From positions 20,460,001 through 20,524,000 of the forward strand of contig CP158635.1 in assembly GCA_050273025.1 (NCBI GenBank): a DNA stretch of 64,000 nucleotides. The letters run 5' to 3'. Below are positions 1-13,615 of the stretch, piece after piece (the stretch's first letter is position 1; each line of letters opens with the position of its first letter). A program made the position numbers and the translations under genes. The notes under the pieces were generated by a model, which searched no databases, was not told the origin of the DNA, and saw nothing but the letters and a program-made list of their open reading frames with translations. This DNA comes from Cenococcum geophilum (lineage: Eukaryota).

Positions 1-3000
1 AACCTCTACTTATACAGACAAACTATTTATAGTTAATGCATAGCCTAAGTTTTCCATTCTTCTTTAGTACGAATAATACTAAATATCCTACTAATAACTG
101 CGATAGTTTAATATATCCCTTTTACAAGTTCTCTTAAACAAACTCTTTAAGTGCTCTTAACTCATCTTAAGTAAGCTTATAGGTTAGAAAGAACCTTAGA
201 CTTATTCCTAGTTCTACTTTATTTTATAGTTTTATACTATATAATCTACCAGCTTCTTACTTTTTAGGCTTAATAGTTTTTTGCTATACTTATAGTATCT
301 CTTTAGTATATAACTTAAGCCTTACTTAGTCTCTTTATATATTGCTCCGACTTAGTACTATACTAACTTAGTTTACTATTGTATTTTATATTATTAAATA
401 TCTCTAATATTAACTTAACCTATAATCCAATTAATCTTTAGATTATATTTTTATAACTAAGGTATTCTTAGTACTGCCTTATCCCGTCCTAATAGTAGGA
501 TATTAAAAGATATCTTAATTTATCTTTCTTTAATAGTTATCTAAATAGGTCCTATTTTAAGGTTAATAATCCCTCCTTTATAAGCTATTAGATCTTCTAA
601 AATTATAACTAATAGGTAAGGTTACTCCTTCTGTCTATAAGGTAATCCTATTTTTTTAACTACTACTAGTAAGATATAGTTCTATATTGCTCTACTATCT
701 ATTAGTACTTTAAACTACTAATTCTGCTAAATAACTCGTAAATTTAGGTATTATCCTTAAATTCCTTTAAGGGTCTAAGGCTCTACTACTAGCTCCTTTT
801 AATCCTATAGGCCTCTACTTTTCCTAACTATTAGCTACTTAATCTTATTATACTTAGCTTATTCTTTAGCTAATACCTAGTTTACTTTTTATTCTTAATA
901 TACTATAGATATATATTTTCTAGGTATTCCTACTACTATTATTTATCTAAGTATTTTTCTATAAGGAATCTTCCTAGTTAAAGTATTAAGTCTTCTAGCT
1001 CCTAAACTTCTGTTAGATGCTATCTATATATATACTTAGTATTTCTATACTATTGCTTATCTAGTACCTAATATATTCTTATAGGGTATTTCCAATTTTT
1101 CTCTTTTAGATTCTTATGCATTTCGCATATATTATCTACGTATATAATTTATAATAGCGTATAGTATACTAAGTACTTCGGGTTAACTCTTAACTTATCT
1201 TTATCTTTAAGTTTAAATATTTATCGCGTTAATCTAAACGTTATAACTTTATTCGCGGGTACTAAGATATATCTCTTACTTCTCTAGTCCTCTAATGATT
1301 CCTTTAGATCCTTTAACGTTATAATTAAGGCTCCTTTAATATAACTTATTACCTTTTCTATAATAGGGTGGTCTTAGATAACTTTCTCGTCTAACTATAT
1401 ATAGAAATCTTCCCACTTATCGTTATGTCGCTACCTATACCACTTTTAGTATAGCTACTAGAGTATATACGGCTTGTCTATAAGGAAATATCTTCTTATT
1501 ACTATATTATAACAGCCCTTTATATACCGTTCCTTAAACCTAGTAGAAATCCCTAGATCCTCTTTATTTTCTAGTTTAATAAGCTACTTAGCTCTTAACG
1601 TGCCTGCCCTAGGCCTATTAGTAATTCTTTATATAGGTGCTTTATTCCTTATACGACTTAGTATACTAGTTCTTTAATCTAGTTTCTATTCTTACTATAT
1701 AAGGATTCTCTGTCTAAATTCCTCTATATTTTCTTTTAGTTTTTACCTTATAAGTAAATCCTTAAAGTCTTCTTACTTCTTAATCTTAGTTTATTTAATA
1801 GTCCTTATTTATATCTAGAATTCTTAGTCCTATAGAATTCTTAGTCCTAAGCTTGCTTCTTTCTTAAGCTTTACTCTAGCCTTAGTTTAACTAGGCTTCT
1901 ATAGTATTCTTATATTATCTTAAGAGTTTTATACCTTTAAGAAACTTCGTCCTAAGCTTATTTATATATTACTAAACTAAGCCATTACTCTGCTCTATTA
2001 GTTATCGTCTATTATAGGTCCTTAAGCTTACCTTATCTTATTTTAAGAATCTTAGTTATCTTTTATCTCTTTCTAAGAATCTTAAGCCTGTAGCCTTTTG
2101 CCTTTATTAAGTGCTAAAGTAGTTTATTACTCTACTTTCCTTATATCTTATAAAGCAATAGACATTATATCTAGTAGGGTTTAAATCCCTACTAATATTC
2201 CCTATTCTATAGTGGAATTATCCTTTACCTCTTTTATAATATCTCTAAGGTCTATATACTCCTAATAAGCGGCCTTTATTACCTTATTATTACTAAATAT
2301 TTCGCCTATATTAAATTTATTATCCTTAATATCTAATCTATAAGATAGTTTATTAACTCCTTTAAACTTTAATAATTTTAGCTCCTATAGCTAATAGCTT
2401 ACGCTATACTTAGCGTCCTTATAAATTTAGTATACGTTATTATAATAAAACATACAGCTCTTAATTAAACATTCTTTTATTTCTTATAATATATTATTAT
2501 CCCTCTATATATATATATTATCTACTAGTCTTATTCCTTTTACTATATAGTAACTCTAACTACTTCTATAGTCTTTAATATAATAACCCTATTTTCTGTA
2601 ATTTATATAAGCTCCTTTTTTAAACCATTTTTCTTACTATAGAGTCCGCTTAAACATCTTCTACTATTAAAATCCCTGGTTTAGTCTCTACTCCTTAAAT
2701 CTTTAATTACTTAATTCTTATTCTCTAGGTTTTTATAATTTCTTATTTTATCTTTTAGATTCTTTAGTACTACTTAGGTCTATTAGCTCTGCGCTATACT
2801 ATAGTTTCTAACTCTAACTTTATCGTTATATGCTCTACGCCTTATATAACTATAGAACTCTATTTTAACTCTTTTTAGTTTACTCTCTTTAGTAGATCCT
2901 ATTATTAATCTTAATTACTTAGTTAATTAAATCCCTAAAAGTATCCGTATCTTCTATTAGGATAATTACGTCTTAGACTTTTACCTTAAGTCCTTACTTA

Positions 3001-3715
3001 TACTATACTATAAGCGCTTTATTGTTCTATTTAACCTATATTACTAATATTTAAAACTATATTATATACTTAATTACTAAAGTCATTTATACTAGGTTTT
3101 AAAGCTTTCTTTTTACCGTAGTAGTTACCTCTAAGTTTCTAAATATTTGCGTTAATTGTTTTATAAACCTATTTTAACTTAAGAATATATATACTATACC
3201 TTCTAGTTAGTAGTTGTTATACTATACTCCTATACCTCTATAAGGTAAGGTTTAAACTACTTAAGTGCCCTTCCTATTAAGAACAGTCCTATATAAGTAA
3301 CTTAATCTATAAGCGTTCCTAACTTTACTCCTTCTTATATAACTTTAAAGTGTATTTATATAAGAAATCCTTTAAGTTTTAACTTCTCCCCTAAAAATCG
3401 CTTAATTAAGGGTAACTTAACCTTAGCTGCTCTAATCCTATTAATCCTTTCTTTAAATATCCTATTGTTATCTATTAATTAATTAACTATTTCTTATAGC
3501 TATTTAATAGTAACTAATTGCGAGTTAGTATCTATTATACCAGTATTATTACCTAATCCTAAGGTAGTTGCTGCTGTAGACGCCGTTATAGCTACTACTT
3601 TTAGTAGTATATTATTTAACTTCCTTTACTATAACCTTAGTAGTAAATATATAATAAAGCCTTATAGAAAATACTACGGTAGACCTATTAATGGGCTAGG
3701 TATATAGGTAAACAG

Positions 3716-4087
3716 TATTACGGGACACCCCCGTAATACCTTATACACATTTACCTATTTCTACCAACTTAGCAATTAAAGACTAACTATAAAATAGCAA
3801 TTTAACGGTAATCTGATAGCAATCTAACGGCAAACTACGGCATTCTACTATATTCTACCAAGTTCCACTAAATTCTACTAAGTTCTGCTAGGACTATAAC
3901 CTAAACCCTATTCTGCCCTATATATATATTAACTAAATAACCAAGTTAACAATATATACCCTTTCTTCCCATTTTCCTACCTTTTTCTCCTTACGTAACG
4001 TCTTAACCTCCTTATATAGTTTATATACATAGCTTAATAATATCTACCTTACTATATATTATCGTCGCTTATACTTACTCCGTGACA
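3716..4087 (+). repeat. 5' LTR of Gypsy B (372 bp)
   Basis: T(G/A)TTACGGGACACCCCCG...CGTGACA, direct repeat of 9747-10474 once the MITE is removed. Confidence 0.92.
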
Positions 4088-7000
4088 CTACATTATATTA
4101 ACTATCTACACTATTATTAACATGTAGAACGAACCTAAAGCCCCTATAACGGCCGCTAGTATTATATTTATACTTTAAAAATAATTTGTAGGGATATAAA
4201 AGTCTTTTATAAACGCCCCTAAACAAAACTAAGCTACTTTAAATTAACAATAAGCTAAATAAGAAGCACGATACTAGCAATTAATTAAGGACCTCTAAGA
4301 AGAAGTCCGCGCCCTTAAGATGCCTACGCTAGGACCTTAAGACTAAATACTATCTCTAAAGATAAACACGCGGAACGCGAGCCCTAAACCCCTAGTAGCC
4401 ACTTACCCTAAGCTAACTACTATACTAAAACGATCTAAATAACTACTAAATCCCCTAGTATTTACTAGTAAACGATAAAAGCTCTAATTATTTCTAAGCT
4501 AGCTTAAAAATAAGCTAACTAGTAACGCTAACTGTTACCTAACTAAAGCTAACCGACTCTATTACGCCCTAAGTTAACTAGGAGGAGATATAGCTAACCT
4601 TATTAAACCTCTTTAGCCAAACTTAGTATAAAGCCTAGTTATACTTCTTAAAGCTATGTATAGTAACCTAAACCACTAAGCTATTGCTTAAAGAGAGATA
4701 AACTATATAACTTAAGGAACGAAAAGTTTCCCAGTATACTTATCCAAATTTAACTATTACGTAAAGGAAATAGGCTAGAACGACTCCGTACTAATTAACA
4801 GCCTTATTAAATCTCTAAGCCCTAAACTAAAAACCTCCCTAATAGGCGTAGACCTACTAGGAGCCCTTAATGCCTGCGTAAACGTTATTAATAAACGATA
4901 TAATAATATACTATACCTAACACCGAAGCCTGCTCCTTAATATAATACGGCAACCCCATAAATGTTTATTAAGTTATTATCTTAGCCTAAGCACCCTGAC
5001 GCTATAGATATTAACACTAGGACCCTAGGGTACGCCCTACTAGGGTCCTTTAAATAAGAACAACGTATTAAGCTAGGCCTTTGCTTTAAATATAGAAGTA
5101 GCTCTTACCTCTCTAACTACTGCTCCGTCCCTATACCTAAATATAATTTATAAACGGCTAACACCAGCAGCCGTTTACCGCATTAATCTTCTGGTTACCG
5201 TCTCTAATCTCTACTTAGTTCTAGCCCTATATCTAATAAGCACTATTTATAAGGATGAAGCTATAACTAATATCCTATAAGAACTCTACCCTAATTACCT
5301 CTAAAAGGAAGGTCCCGGAGCTAAGTCGCTCTTTAAAACAGCTCTACTATAGGATTTCGTTAAACGTATTTAACGTTATAAACTCTAACTCTTAGGACCG
5401 TAGCATAACTATTAACTACCGTCTTTAGTAGAATAGTTAATAGGCTAACGCTTAAATCCTAATTAATACAGGAGCCAGCGGTATAGGATTTATTAACAAG
5501 ATCTTTGCGTAAAATAATAGTTTTACCTTAACCCCCCTTAACCAGCATATTAACGTATTTGGATTTAATAGTAAACGCACCGTCTTAGGCCGTATTACCT
5601 ATATAGTATTCCTAAGACTCTAATACCTAAACCACAAAGAATTAATTAAACTTTTTATTACCACCCTAGGTTACTTAATAATCCTTAGATAACCCTAAAT
5701 AAAGCTATATAAGGTAACTATTAATTAGGACAACCTTAAGCTTCTATTTACCGCCTCCCGTTATAAGCAGAAGTGCCTTATAACTCACTACTTAGACCTA
5801 GAACTAAAATCTAAAAAATCTACTAGAATCCACTAGTCTAAAATTTCTATATCTACCCCGTACCTAAGGAATTTACTAGATTCTACCAACCTAGGAATTT
5901 CACTAAATTCTACTAACGTAAGATTTCCACTAATACCTACTCCACGCCTAAGAATTCTACCAACATCTACTAAGGATCCGAAAACTCTACTAAATTCTAT
6001 AAGTTATTACTAAGCATTACACCGCCCTAAGCTAAGTAGAAGCTTAAGCTCCATACACAAAAATACTAAAAAGACTAGTATTCTACTATAAAAAGTATTC
6101 TTAAAGAACCTAAACTTAAATCTAGTACTAATTCTATACCTAATACTAAACCTAAACCTAAATAAGAAACTATAGACAATCCGAGTAAGCTTAGCACCCT
6201 AGATATCCGTATAATTGGAGCTACCCCGCTAGCACAACTTGCTAAGAAACCCGAGTATACGATCTTCGCTATTACGATGGCCGATATTAAGAAGGCCTTA
6301 GCATTAAAGAAGCACACTAACCCTACCATAAAAGTACTAATAGAGTATTATTATCGCCTAAACGTATTCTTATAAAAGGAAGCTAATAAGCTACTGGAAT
6401 ACTAACTATATAACTATAAGATTATACTTAAAGAAGGAAAGTAGCCTAGATTTGGACCCTTATATAGGATGTCCTAAAATAAACTCTAAGTGCTATAAAA
6501 GTATTTAGACGAGAACCTAAGTAAAGGATTTATTAGAGTAAGCTTATCGCCTATAGCCGTATTAGTGATTTTCGTTAAGAAACCTAGCGGCGGTCTATAC
6601 TTTTATATAGACTACCAAGCTCTTAACACTGTTACTATTAAGAACTAATATCCAATCCCGTTAATATAAGAGACGCTAAACTAACTAAGTAAGGCTCGTT
6701 ACTACACAAAGCTTACTATTATCTCTATATTTAACCGTCTCCGTATTACAAAAGGGGATAAATAGCTTACTACGTTTCATACCTAATATAGACTATTTAA
6801 GTACTTAGTAATACCCTTTGGCCTTATAAACGCTCCGAGCTTGTTTTAACATTATATAAATAATACCCTACGCCCCTACCTAGACATCTTCTGCACTGCT
6901 TATATTAACGACATCCTAATATATAGTAATAACCTAACCAAATACTTAAAATATATTAAATTTATTCTATAAGCCCTATACGGAGCTAGTCTATAATTAG

Positions 7001-7831
7001 ATATAGATAAATGCAAGTTCTATAAAATGGAAGTCTTATACCTTAAACTCCTTATTTTTATAAATAGTATATAAATAGACCCAAAGAAAGTCAAAGTAAT
7101 TATAAACTAGCAAGAACCTAAGAACGTTAAGGACGTAAGAGCCTTTATAAGATTTGCTAATTTCTACTAATAGTTTATTAATAACTTCTTCGCCCTGGTT
7201 TTACCCCTTATAGCTCTAACCTAAAAGGATAAAGTCTTTATCTTTAATAAGAAATATAAGAAGGCCTTTACCTATCTAAAGGTTATATTTACTACTACGC
7301 CTATACTCTAATACTTTAACCTAAACTAAATAAGTGTTATAAAAGCCAACTTATCTAACTACGTTATTAGAGGTATCCTATCTCAATATAATATGGATAG
7401 AGTATTGCACCCTATAGCATACTTCTTAAAATAACTAAGCCTAGCTAAATATAACTACGAGATCCACAATAAGGAATTATTAGCTATTATTAGATGTTTT
7501 AAACAATGGCGACCTAAACTAGAAGGCACTAGATTTCTAATTAAGGTCCTTAACGACTATAAGAACCTATAGTACTTCACAACCATAAAACAGCTAAGTT
7601 ATTATTAGGCCTACTGGTTAGAATATCTGTCTTATTTCTAATTCTTAATTATATACTGCCCAGGCGTCTAAGAACAGAAGCCTAATACCCTAACCCGACG
7701 CTTATAAGACGCGCCAGCCCTAAAAGAAGCGCGCTTTTACTAAAATTAGACCCTACTTCGCCCTAAACTATTTAACCCTTCTACTAAAGATTTTATGGTA
7801 TACGTCCTTAAAATAACTAATTAATTAATTA

Positions 7832-8255
7832 ACGTAATCCACAAGCAAGCTAGCACCACAAGCATCCTGGCACCCTTAAAACTCACTAAAAGTTTAAAAA
7901 TCCATACTTTAATATCTTAATAACCACTTAATAATAAATTCTAATAATTTATATTTGGATTTTCATATACATTTTGCAGCTTCTATTAAAGTTGCATAGC
8001 ACTTAATTTAGTAGTTTTTAAGATATTATAATTTGGGGGCCAAAATAAGCCAAATTACCGTAATACGACTATATCTTAAGAACCACTAAACTAATTACTA
8101 TGCAACTTTAATAGAAGCTGTAGAGTGTATATAAAAGTCTAAATCTAAATTATTAAAAATTATTATTAAGTGGTTGTTGAGATATTAAAGTGTAAATTTG
8201 GTGGGTTTTAAGGGTGCCAGGATGCTTGTGGTGCCAGCTTGCTTGTGGATTACGT
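7832..8255. mobile_element. Foldback MITE (pogo/Fot1-type ACGT termini) inserted in pol of Gypsy B
   Basis: ACGTAATCCACAAGCAAGC...GCTTGCTTGTGGATTACGT, TA on both sides; nearly the whole element is an inverted repeat around a ~40-bp loop. Confidence 0.9.
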
Positions 8256-9746
8256 TAAATAGATTATAGTTAACGAATACACAAATAATAAGTTTATTTA
8301 AAAGACGCTTAAGCTAATATAAGATGGCATTAAACGCTTTAAAAAGATTTCTCTAAGTAAATATAAAGCCTATAGAAACCGCTTATATTACCAAAACCGT
8401 TTAGTTATCCCTAATTATAATAAGCTTAAGCTTAAACTCCTTAAATATATATACAATTTACCTATCGCCGGCTACCTAGGCTAAGGAAAGACCTTAGAAC
8501 TACTCTAATGGGAGTACTATTAGCCGAATATGCATAATATAATATAAAGGTACGTCTTTAGCTGCTATACCTACTAATAAGCTAAAGCCTCGCATAAGAC
8601 ATATAACGGTCTTTTAAAACCACTACCTGTTCCAGACTAAAGATAGAAGGATATCTTAATTAACTTTATTATTAACCTTCCTAAAAGCAGAGGCTGTATA
8701 AATATTATAGTAGTTATAGACCTACTATCTAAAATAAGACACTTAATAGCCTGCCCTAATATATTAACGCCTACCGTCGCCTAACTATTCCTAGATTACG
8801 TATAGAAACTCTACGGACTCCCTAAAACAATTATCTCCAATAAAGGCAGCCAGTTTGTCTCGGTATTCTAGAAAAAACTAACTACTTAACTTTATATTAA
8901 AGTACTATTATCTACTGCGTATTATTTAGAAACGGATAGTTAAATAAAATACGTAAATGTTATAATAGAATAGTATATTTAGATATACACGTCGTATTTA
9001 TAGGATAACTAGATTAACTAGCTTATATTTACTAAGTTTACTATAAATAATTCCGTCTCTCCGTTCCTAGCTAATTACGGCAAATACCTATAAATAGGTT
9101 TTAAACCCTTTAGTAATATTCCTTACCCCGCTTATTACGCCTTATAAGTTATAAAAGCAAATAAATTTATAGAGAAGATAGAGGAACTATAATAGTTCCT
9201 TACTAATAAGATAATATAGGCTTAATCTATCTATAAAGCCATAGCGAATAAAAAATAAACCCTAGCACCAGCCTACTAAATTAGTAATTTTGTTTAACTA
9301 GACACAAGAAATCTAAACACAAAACGACTTACTAAGAAACTTAATTAGAAGAACGCCGGCCCTTATAAGGTTAAAAAGGTTATCTTTCCTTATGCCTATT
9401 AACTAAAGCTCCCTAATACGGTTAAAATCCACCCCGTATTCTATACGTTAGTCCTCCGCCCTGCTACCCCTATATTAGACGCCCTACCTAAATAAATATA
9501 AGACCCTCCCCTACTAGTTAAAGTAGATAGTGAGAATAAGTACTTTATTAAAAGAATTAATAATATTAAGTATAATAAACGGAAACGCTAATATATATAT
9601 CTTATAAAATAAAAAGGCTTTATTAAGTCCTTATAGGAACCTATTAACTCTATAGGACTTATATAAGCCATAGAAAACTTTTATAAACTCTACCTAAAAC
9701 TACTATAGCCCTATCTCACAAAAGCTTAAGTTTAAAAAGGGGGTAC

Positions 9747-10474
9747 TATTACGGGACACCCCCGTAATACCTTATACACGTTTACCTGTTTCTACTAACT
9801 TAGTAATTAAAGACTAACCGTAAAATAGCAATCTTATCCCTTGCACCGATGGCGTCCTATAAAATGTGGCCTATGCACGCAGTTAAGAACATCAAAACTT
9901 TCTTGCGCACGCTGTGGACAAAAAAGTTGGCGAGATGCCTGCACCGACCTCTCCCTACCTAAATTTGTATGCGCACGCATAAATGCACTTATGCAGCTTA
10001 TAGTAATTAATTTAGTCGTTATTTTAAGGAGTATATAGGCGAGATATAGTGGTAATAGGTGCATTCATGCGTGCGCATACAAATTTGGGGTTGGGTGCGG
10101 AGTCCTGGTAATGCGGCAGAACGACTTACCGCCCATATATAATTGGTGCGCACGGGCCACATTTTATAGGACGTTATTATCGGTGCAAGGGATAGCAATT
10201 TAATAGTAATCTAATAGCAAACTACGGCATTCTGCTATATTCTACCAAGTTTTACTAAATTTTATTAAGTTCTACTAGGACTATAACCTGAACCCTATTC
10301 TGCCTTATATACGTATTAACTAAGCAACCAAGTCAACAATATATGCCCTTTCTTCCCGTTTTCCTACCTTTTTCTCCTTACGCAACATCTTAACCTCCTT
10401 ATACAGTTTATATATATAGCTTAATAATATCTACCTTGCTATATATTATTGTTACTTATATTTACTCCGTAATA
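9747..10474 (+). repeat. 3' LTR of Gypsy B, interrupted by a MITE
   Basis: Direct repeat of 3716-4087 with a ~354-bp insertion at 9838-10191. Confidence 0.92.
9838..10191. mobile_element. MITE with CCCTT...AAGGG termini (piggyBac-like ends) inserted in the 3' LTR of Gypsy B
   Basis: ~45-bp TIR cccttgcaccgat..cgtcctataaaatgtggcc; absent from the 5' LTR; internal inverted repeat ~9958-9992 / ~10055-10090; flanks TAT|CCC...GGG|ATA. Confidence 0.88.
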
Positions 10475-10833
10475 AACAGGAAGTTAATAACGTAATAATA
10501 ACTAGTAGAGTAGTTACCTAATAGATTAACTCTAATTATATTCTAAAATTTACTATAAAAAAGAGAAACTATCTATAGAGACCGTATGTCCTTAAATATA
10601 TAACTCCTCCTTATAGTAAAGGGTTTAGTACGTTAGTATATTAGTATATTGGTATATTACATTCCTATATTCCTATATTCCTACATTTCAAACTTATAAT
10701 ATAACTAGCTATATAACTTAGCTACCCCTTATTTAATAGCTTAATCGGTTTTAGCGCCTCCTATACTATCTTAATTAACCTATTTATATCTATTCTTAGT
10801 AGTCGCACTACTACTAATATAAGGTCCGTAACA

Positions 10834-11191
10834 CAGGCTCCTATTATATTAATTTATTTAACTAAGGAGTCCTCCTTAATAACTAAGAGCTTTTAAAGCT
10901 TTTAGTGATACTCCTTACTTAACTAGTGGCTGTTACAACAATAGTAAATAGAAGAAGGTGATAAACCGTATATTTAGGCAAGTAAACGGCTAGATTAATT
11001 AGGATTAGCTTCTAATAATTAAAGAACAATTTACATTCAATTTTCTTAGTTAAGCGATAGCAATTAGGGGGTAGTAGAGGACATAGTAGTAGTGTAGTTA
11101 AGGAGTATTTTAATGTTTTGATTTTGATTTTCGTAAGAGGCCCGTACACTGTCTTAGGTAGGTAGTTATCTCGTCTAGGTAGCGAAGACGT
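10834..11191 (-). mobile_element. 5' end of a pogo/Fot1-like DNA transposon interrupted by Gypsy A (remainder outside the window)
   Basis: Minus-strand terminus ACGT at 11191 flanked by TA. ATG at 11084; de-RIPed MSSTTPQLLSLNQENRMQIVLQLLEANPNQSSRLLAQIYGLSPSSI...KLSVIEEDSLVEWI resembles HTH-psq plus start of CENP-B HTH. Confidence 0.75.
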
Positions 11192-11410
11192 TAAATAAAG
11201 GTTAACAATAATTGTACACCCCCCAAATAATACGCATACACCCCCTAACTAATATGCATACACCCCCGTCTAAATAGGCTTAGATCCTGCCTGTTTAGGT
11301 TAGAAAATTACGTGAATTTGACTTGTTTGCATCTGCATTAACGCGCTACCGACGCGCGCCTATACCTAAAACATTACCTTGCATTTGCCCTACTATTCCC
11401 TATACTAACT

Positions 11411-13615
11411 ATGGCTCTTAACCTACCCCCGTTAAAGCTGTATAACTCTATAAAGCTTACCCTTAATAATATTTATAAGTTCGTTAAAGGGCAAGGCTAT
11501 ACGGTATTAGTTTTCCGTTTAAAAACTAATAAGCAGGTGCTACTAACTGTGCGCAAGATATGGCTTTGGTGTGCTAAAGGAAATAACTACACTAAGACTG
11601 CTAGGAAGCGGCTAACTAGCTCTTATATAACCAGCTGCCCCTTTACCCTTATACTTACTTATATAGTAATTAGGTAGCGGGTAAAGGTATAAAATCCTAC
11701 CTATAACTACTAGGAGTTCGCCTATACTAGAGCTCTACCGTATTACTAATAACGTACTAAGGAGATAAAGAAGACGATTGCTAATATATTGGCTAGTAGT
11801 ATTAACCTAGGCAAAATACTTATAAATCTACTTAAGAAGGACATTATAATTAGCATCTAAGATATCTATAACGAACGGTAAGTAAATAAGAAGAAGCTAC
11901 TTAGTGGGCTTTCCTCTATATAAGTATTACTTAAGGCTCTTAACAAACACGGAGGCGATAATCCTAAATTAAAATACTACTTCGCGTATAAGGAAAGCGA
12001 TCGCGATTACATTAAATACTTATTCTTTACTTACCTGGAGTCTCTTAAGTATTTCTAAAAAAAATCCTAACGTTTTATTAATTAATTATACCTATAAAAT
12101 AAACAAATTTAAGATGCCTTTTCTATATACTGTAGGAGTTAGCAATATAGGGCAAAACTTTAAGCTTATTTATTACTTCCTACCGAGTAAAATAAAAGCC
12201 GATTATAACTTTATAATTTAATAGATCTATCTTCTCTACTCCTAATATAATGTTACTTCTAAGGTTATAATTACTAATAAGGAATTAGCTTTTAAGAACG
12301 CACTACGCATATACTTCCCTTTAGTGCCTTAATTCCTCTGCCTATAGTACGTTACTAAGAACGTCCTTACGCATATATAGGATAACTAAGTAGTAAGGGC
12401 AGATTAATTAAATAAGGAAAATAAGAAGGTATAAGAGTACCGTAATAACTTTATAAAGCGCTAGGTCAATTACTATAGCTAAAAGTCCTTAGAGAAGTCC
12501 ATTATAGCCTAGTATTAACTTATAGAGGACTACTATAATTAAGAGCGGCTTACTAACTACTTACGTGACGAGTAGTGGCCATACAGGAGGGCGTTCGTAA
12601 CTTGCTATACTAATATTTAGATACACTTCAGAAATTAGTAAGTAAAAAGTCGCACTATATAGAATATCCGCGCAAGTTAATACGTCTTTAAAACACTATA
12701 ACGCCTTATAATATCTTTAAGCCCCTTTTAGAGCCTTAAAATCTATATATTTAAAAGCGCCTCCGCTATTTATATTACTAAAATTTATTATAGTTAAAGC
12801 TTACTATAATTACGCTAACGGGCATAGATAAAGCCACTAGTTCTTTATTTTCTTAGCTAACTTCTTCTAGTATTATATCGCGACTTAAGGGCGCCTATAC
12901 TAGATTAAAAGCCTTCCTTTAGATATCTACTAGTGACTTATTTAACGTAGTTAGGAATATTAAAAACCTCATTAAGAACGAGATAAATAACTATATAATA
13001 ACCCTAGTAAAGCACTAAGACCGCCCACTATATAACGTTCGCGAGCCGGAGTTTAATAATATCCTATATAAAGTAACGCCTTAGTACCTCCGCCACCTTA
13101 AGGCCTAACTAAAGCTTGTAAAGTCTTCTGATTACTAGCTAATCTATAGCGGCGCCTAAACTGCAGTATACGGCCTCCTATACTGCTATATACTCTACCA
13201 GCAGCTACATAAAAGCGCCACCTCCGTACTTAAGATTTAGCTTACCGAAATTAATAAACACTAGTGGTTTAATTGCCCTTAATTAGATCCTCTACTCCGT
13301 ATTTAAGAGCCTGTAATTATTAAGCGCCACTATAGCCGCCTAGCTGGCTCTATAAATATAAATTATATTAATACCTTAACTTGTTATAAGCTATTAGCAT
13401 TTAAATAAAATACCAGATATACTAGACGCGGGCGTAGGCGAGGGCGCGGGCGTGCCCGTGGAGGTAGTTCGCAGGCGTTAAGCAAAGGTAGCAGCACCTA
13501 AATTAGCTTACGCGGTACCTTATAGGCCACTACACAATCTAATTAATTAACTTAGGAGCAGCTAGGTAGTATTATAGGTCGTAAAAATAGTAGTAAGAAT
13601 AGTAATAGAAGTTAA
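11411..13615 (+). pseudogene. MULE transposase (RIP-inactivated; end approximate)
   Basis: FAR1/WRKY-like N-terminus (WCAKG...CPF...HNH). De-RIPed DVLLIDCTYKTNKFKMP ~12070, VIITDKELA ~12263, LCLWH ~12336, TSRLEGAH ~12875, GLPCCH ~13172. Probable intron starting gtaagt ~12638. Confidence 0.85.

Larger units (their letters stand above)
3716..10474 (+). mobile_element. Full-length Ty3/Gypsy (chromovirus-like) retrotransposon copy B (family 2), RIP-inactivated, inserted in the LTR of copy A
   Basis: LTRs 3716-4087 and 9747-10474; 5-bp TSD AACAG (3711-3715, 10475-10479); PPT aaaaagggggtac before 9747. De-RIPed motifs: gag knuckle CFKCGSSSHLSNHC ~5082, protease LIDTGA ~5459, RT YIDDILIYS ~6901, RNase H, integrase, chromodomain ~9541. 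Confidence 0.93.
1..10833 (-). mobile_element. Ty3/Gypsy LTR retrotransposon copy A (family 1), 5' part only (gag, protease, RT start; the rest lies left of the window). RIP-inactivated; 5' LTR (3650-10833) is split by Gypsy B
   Basis: 1-3649 is the reverse complement of the internal region of copies at 13616 and 47678. 3650-3715 plus 10480-10833 is the reverse complement of the LTR at 63110-63528 (ends ...aaggtccgtaaca). Confidence 0.9.

Noticed and set aside
4088..4121. Possible self-priming site for Gypsy B
   Set aside because: Complementarity to its LTR is weak, ambiguous after RIP, and not adjacent to the LTR end.
9834..10064. ORFs on both strands in the MITE
   Set aside because: Non-ATG or short frames arising from the palindromic, less-RIPed MITE sequence.
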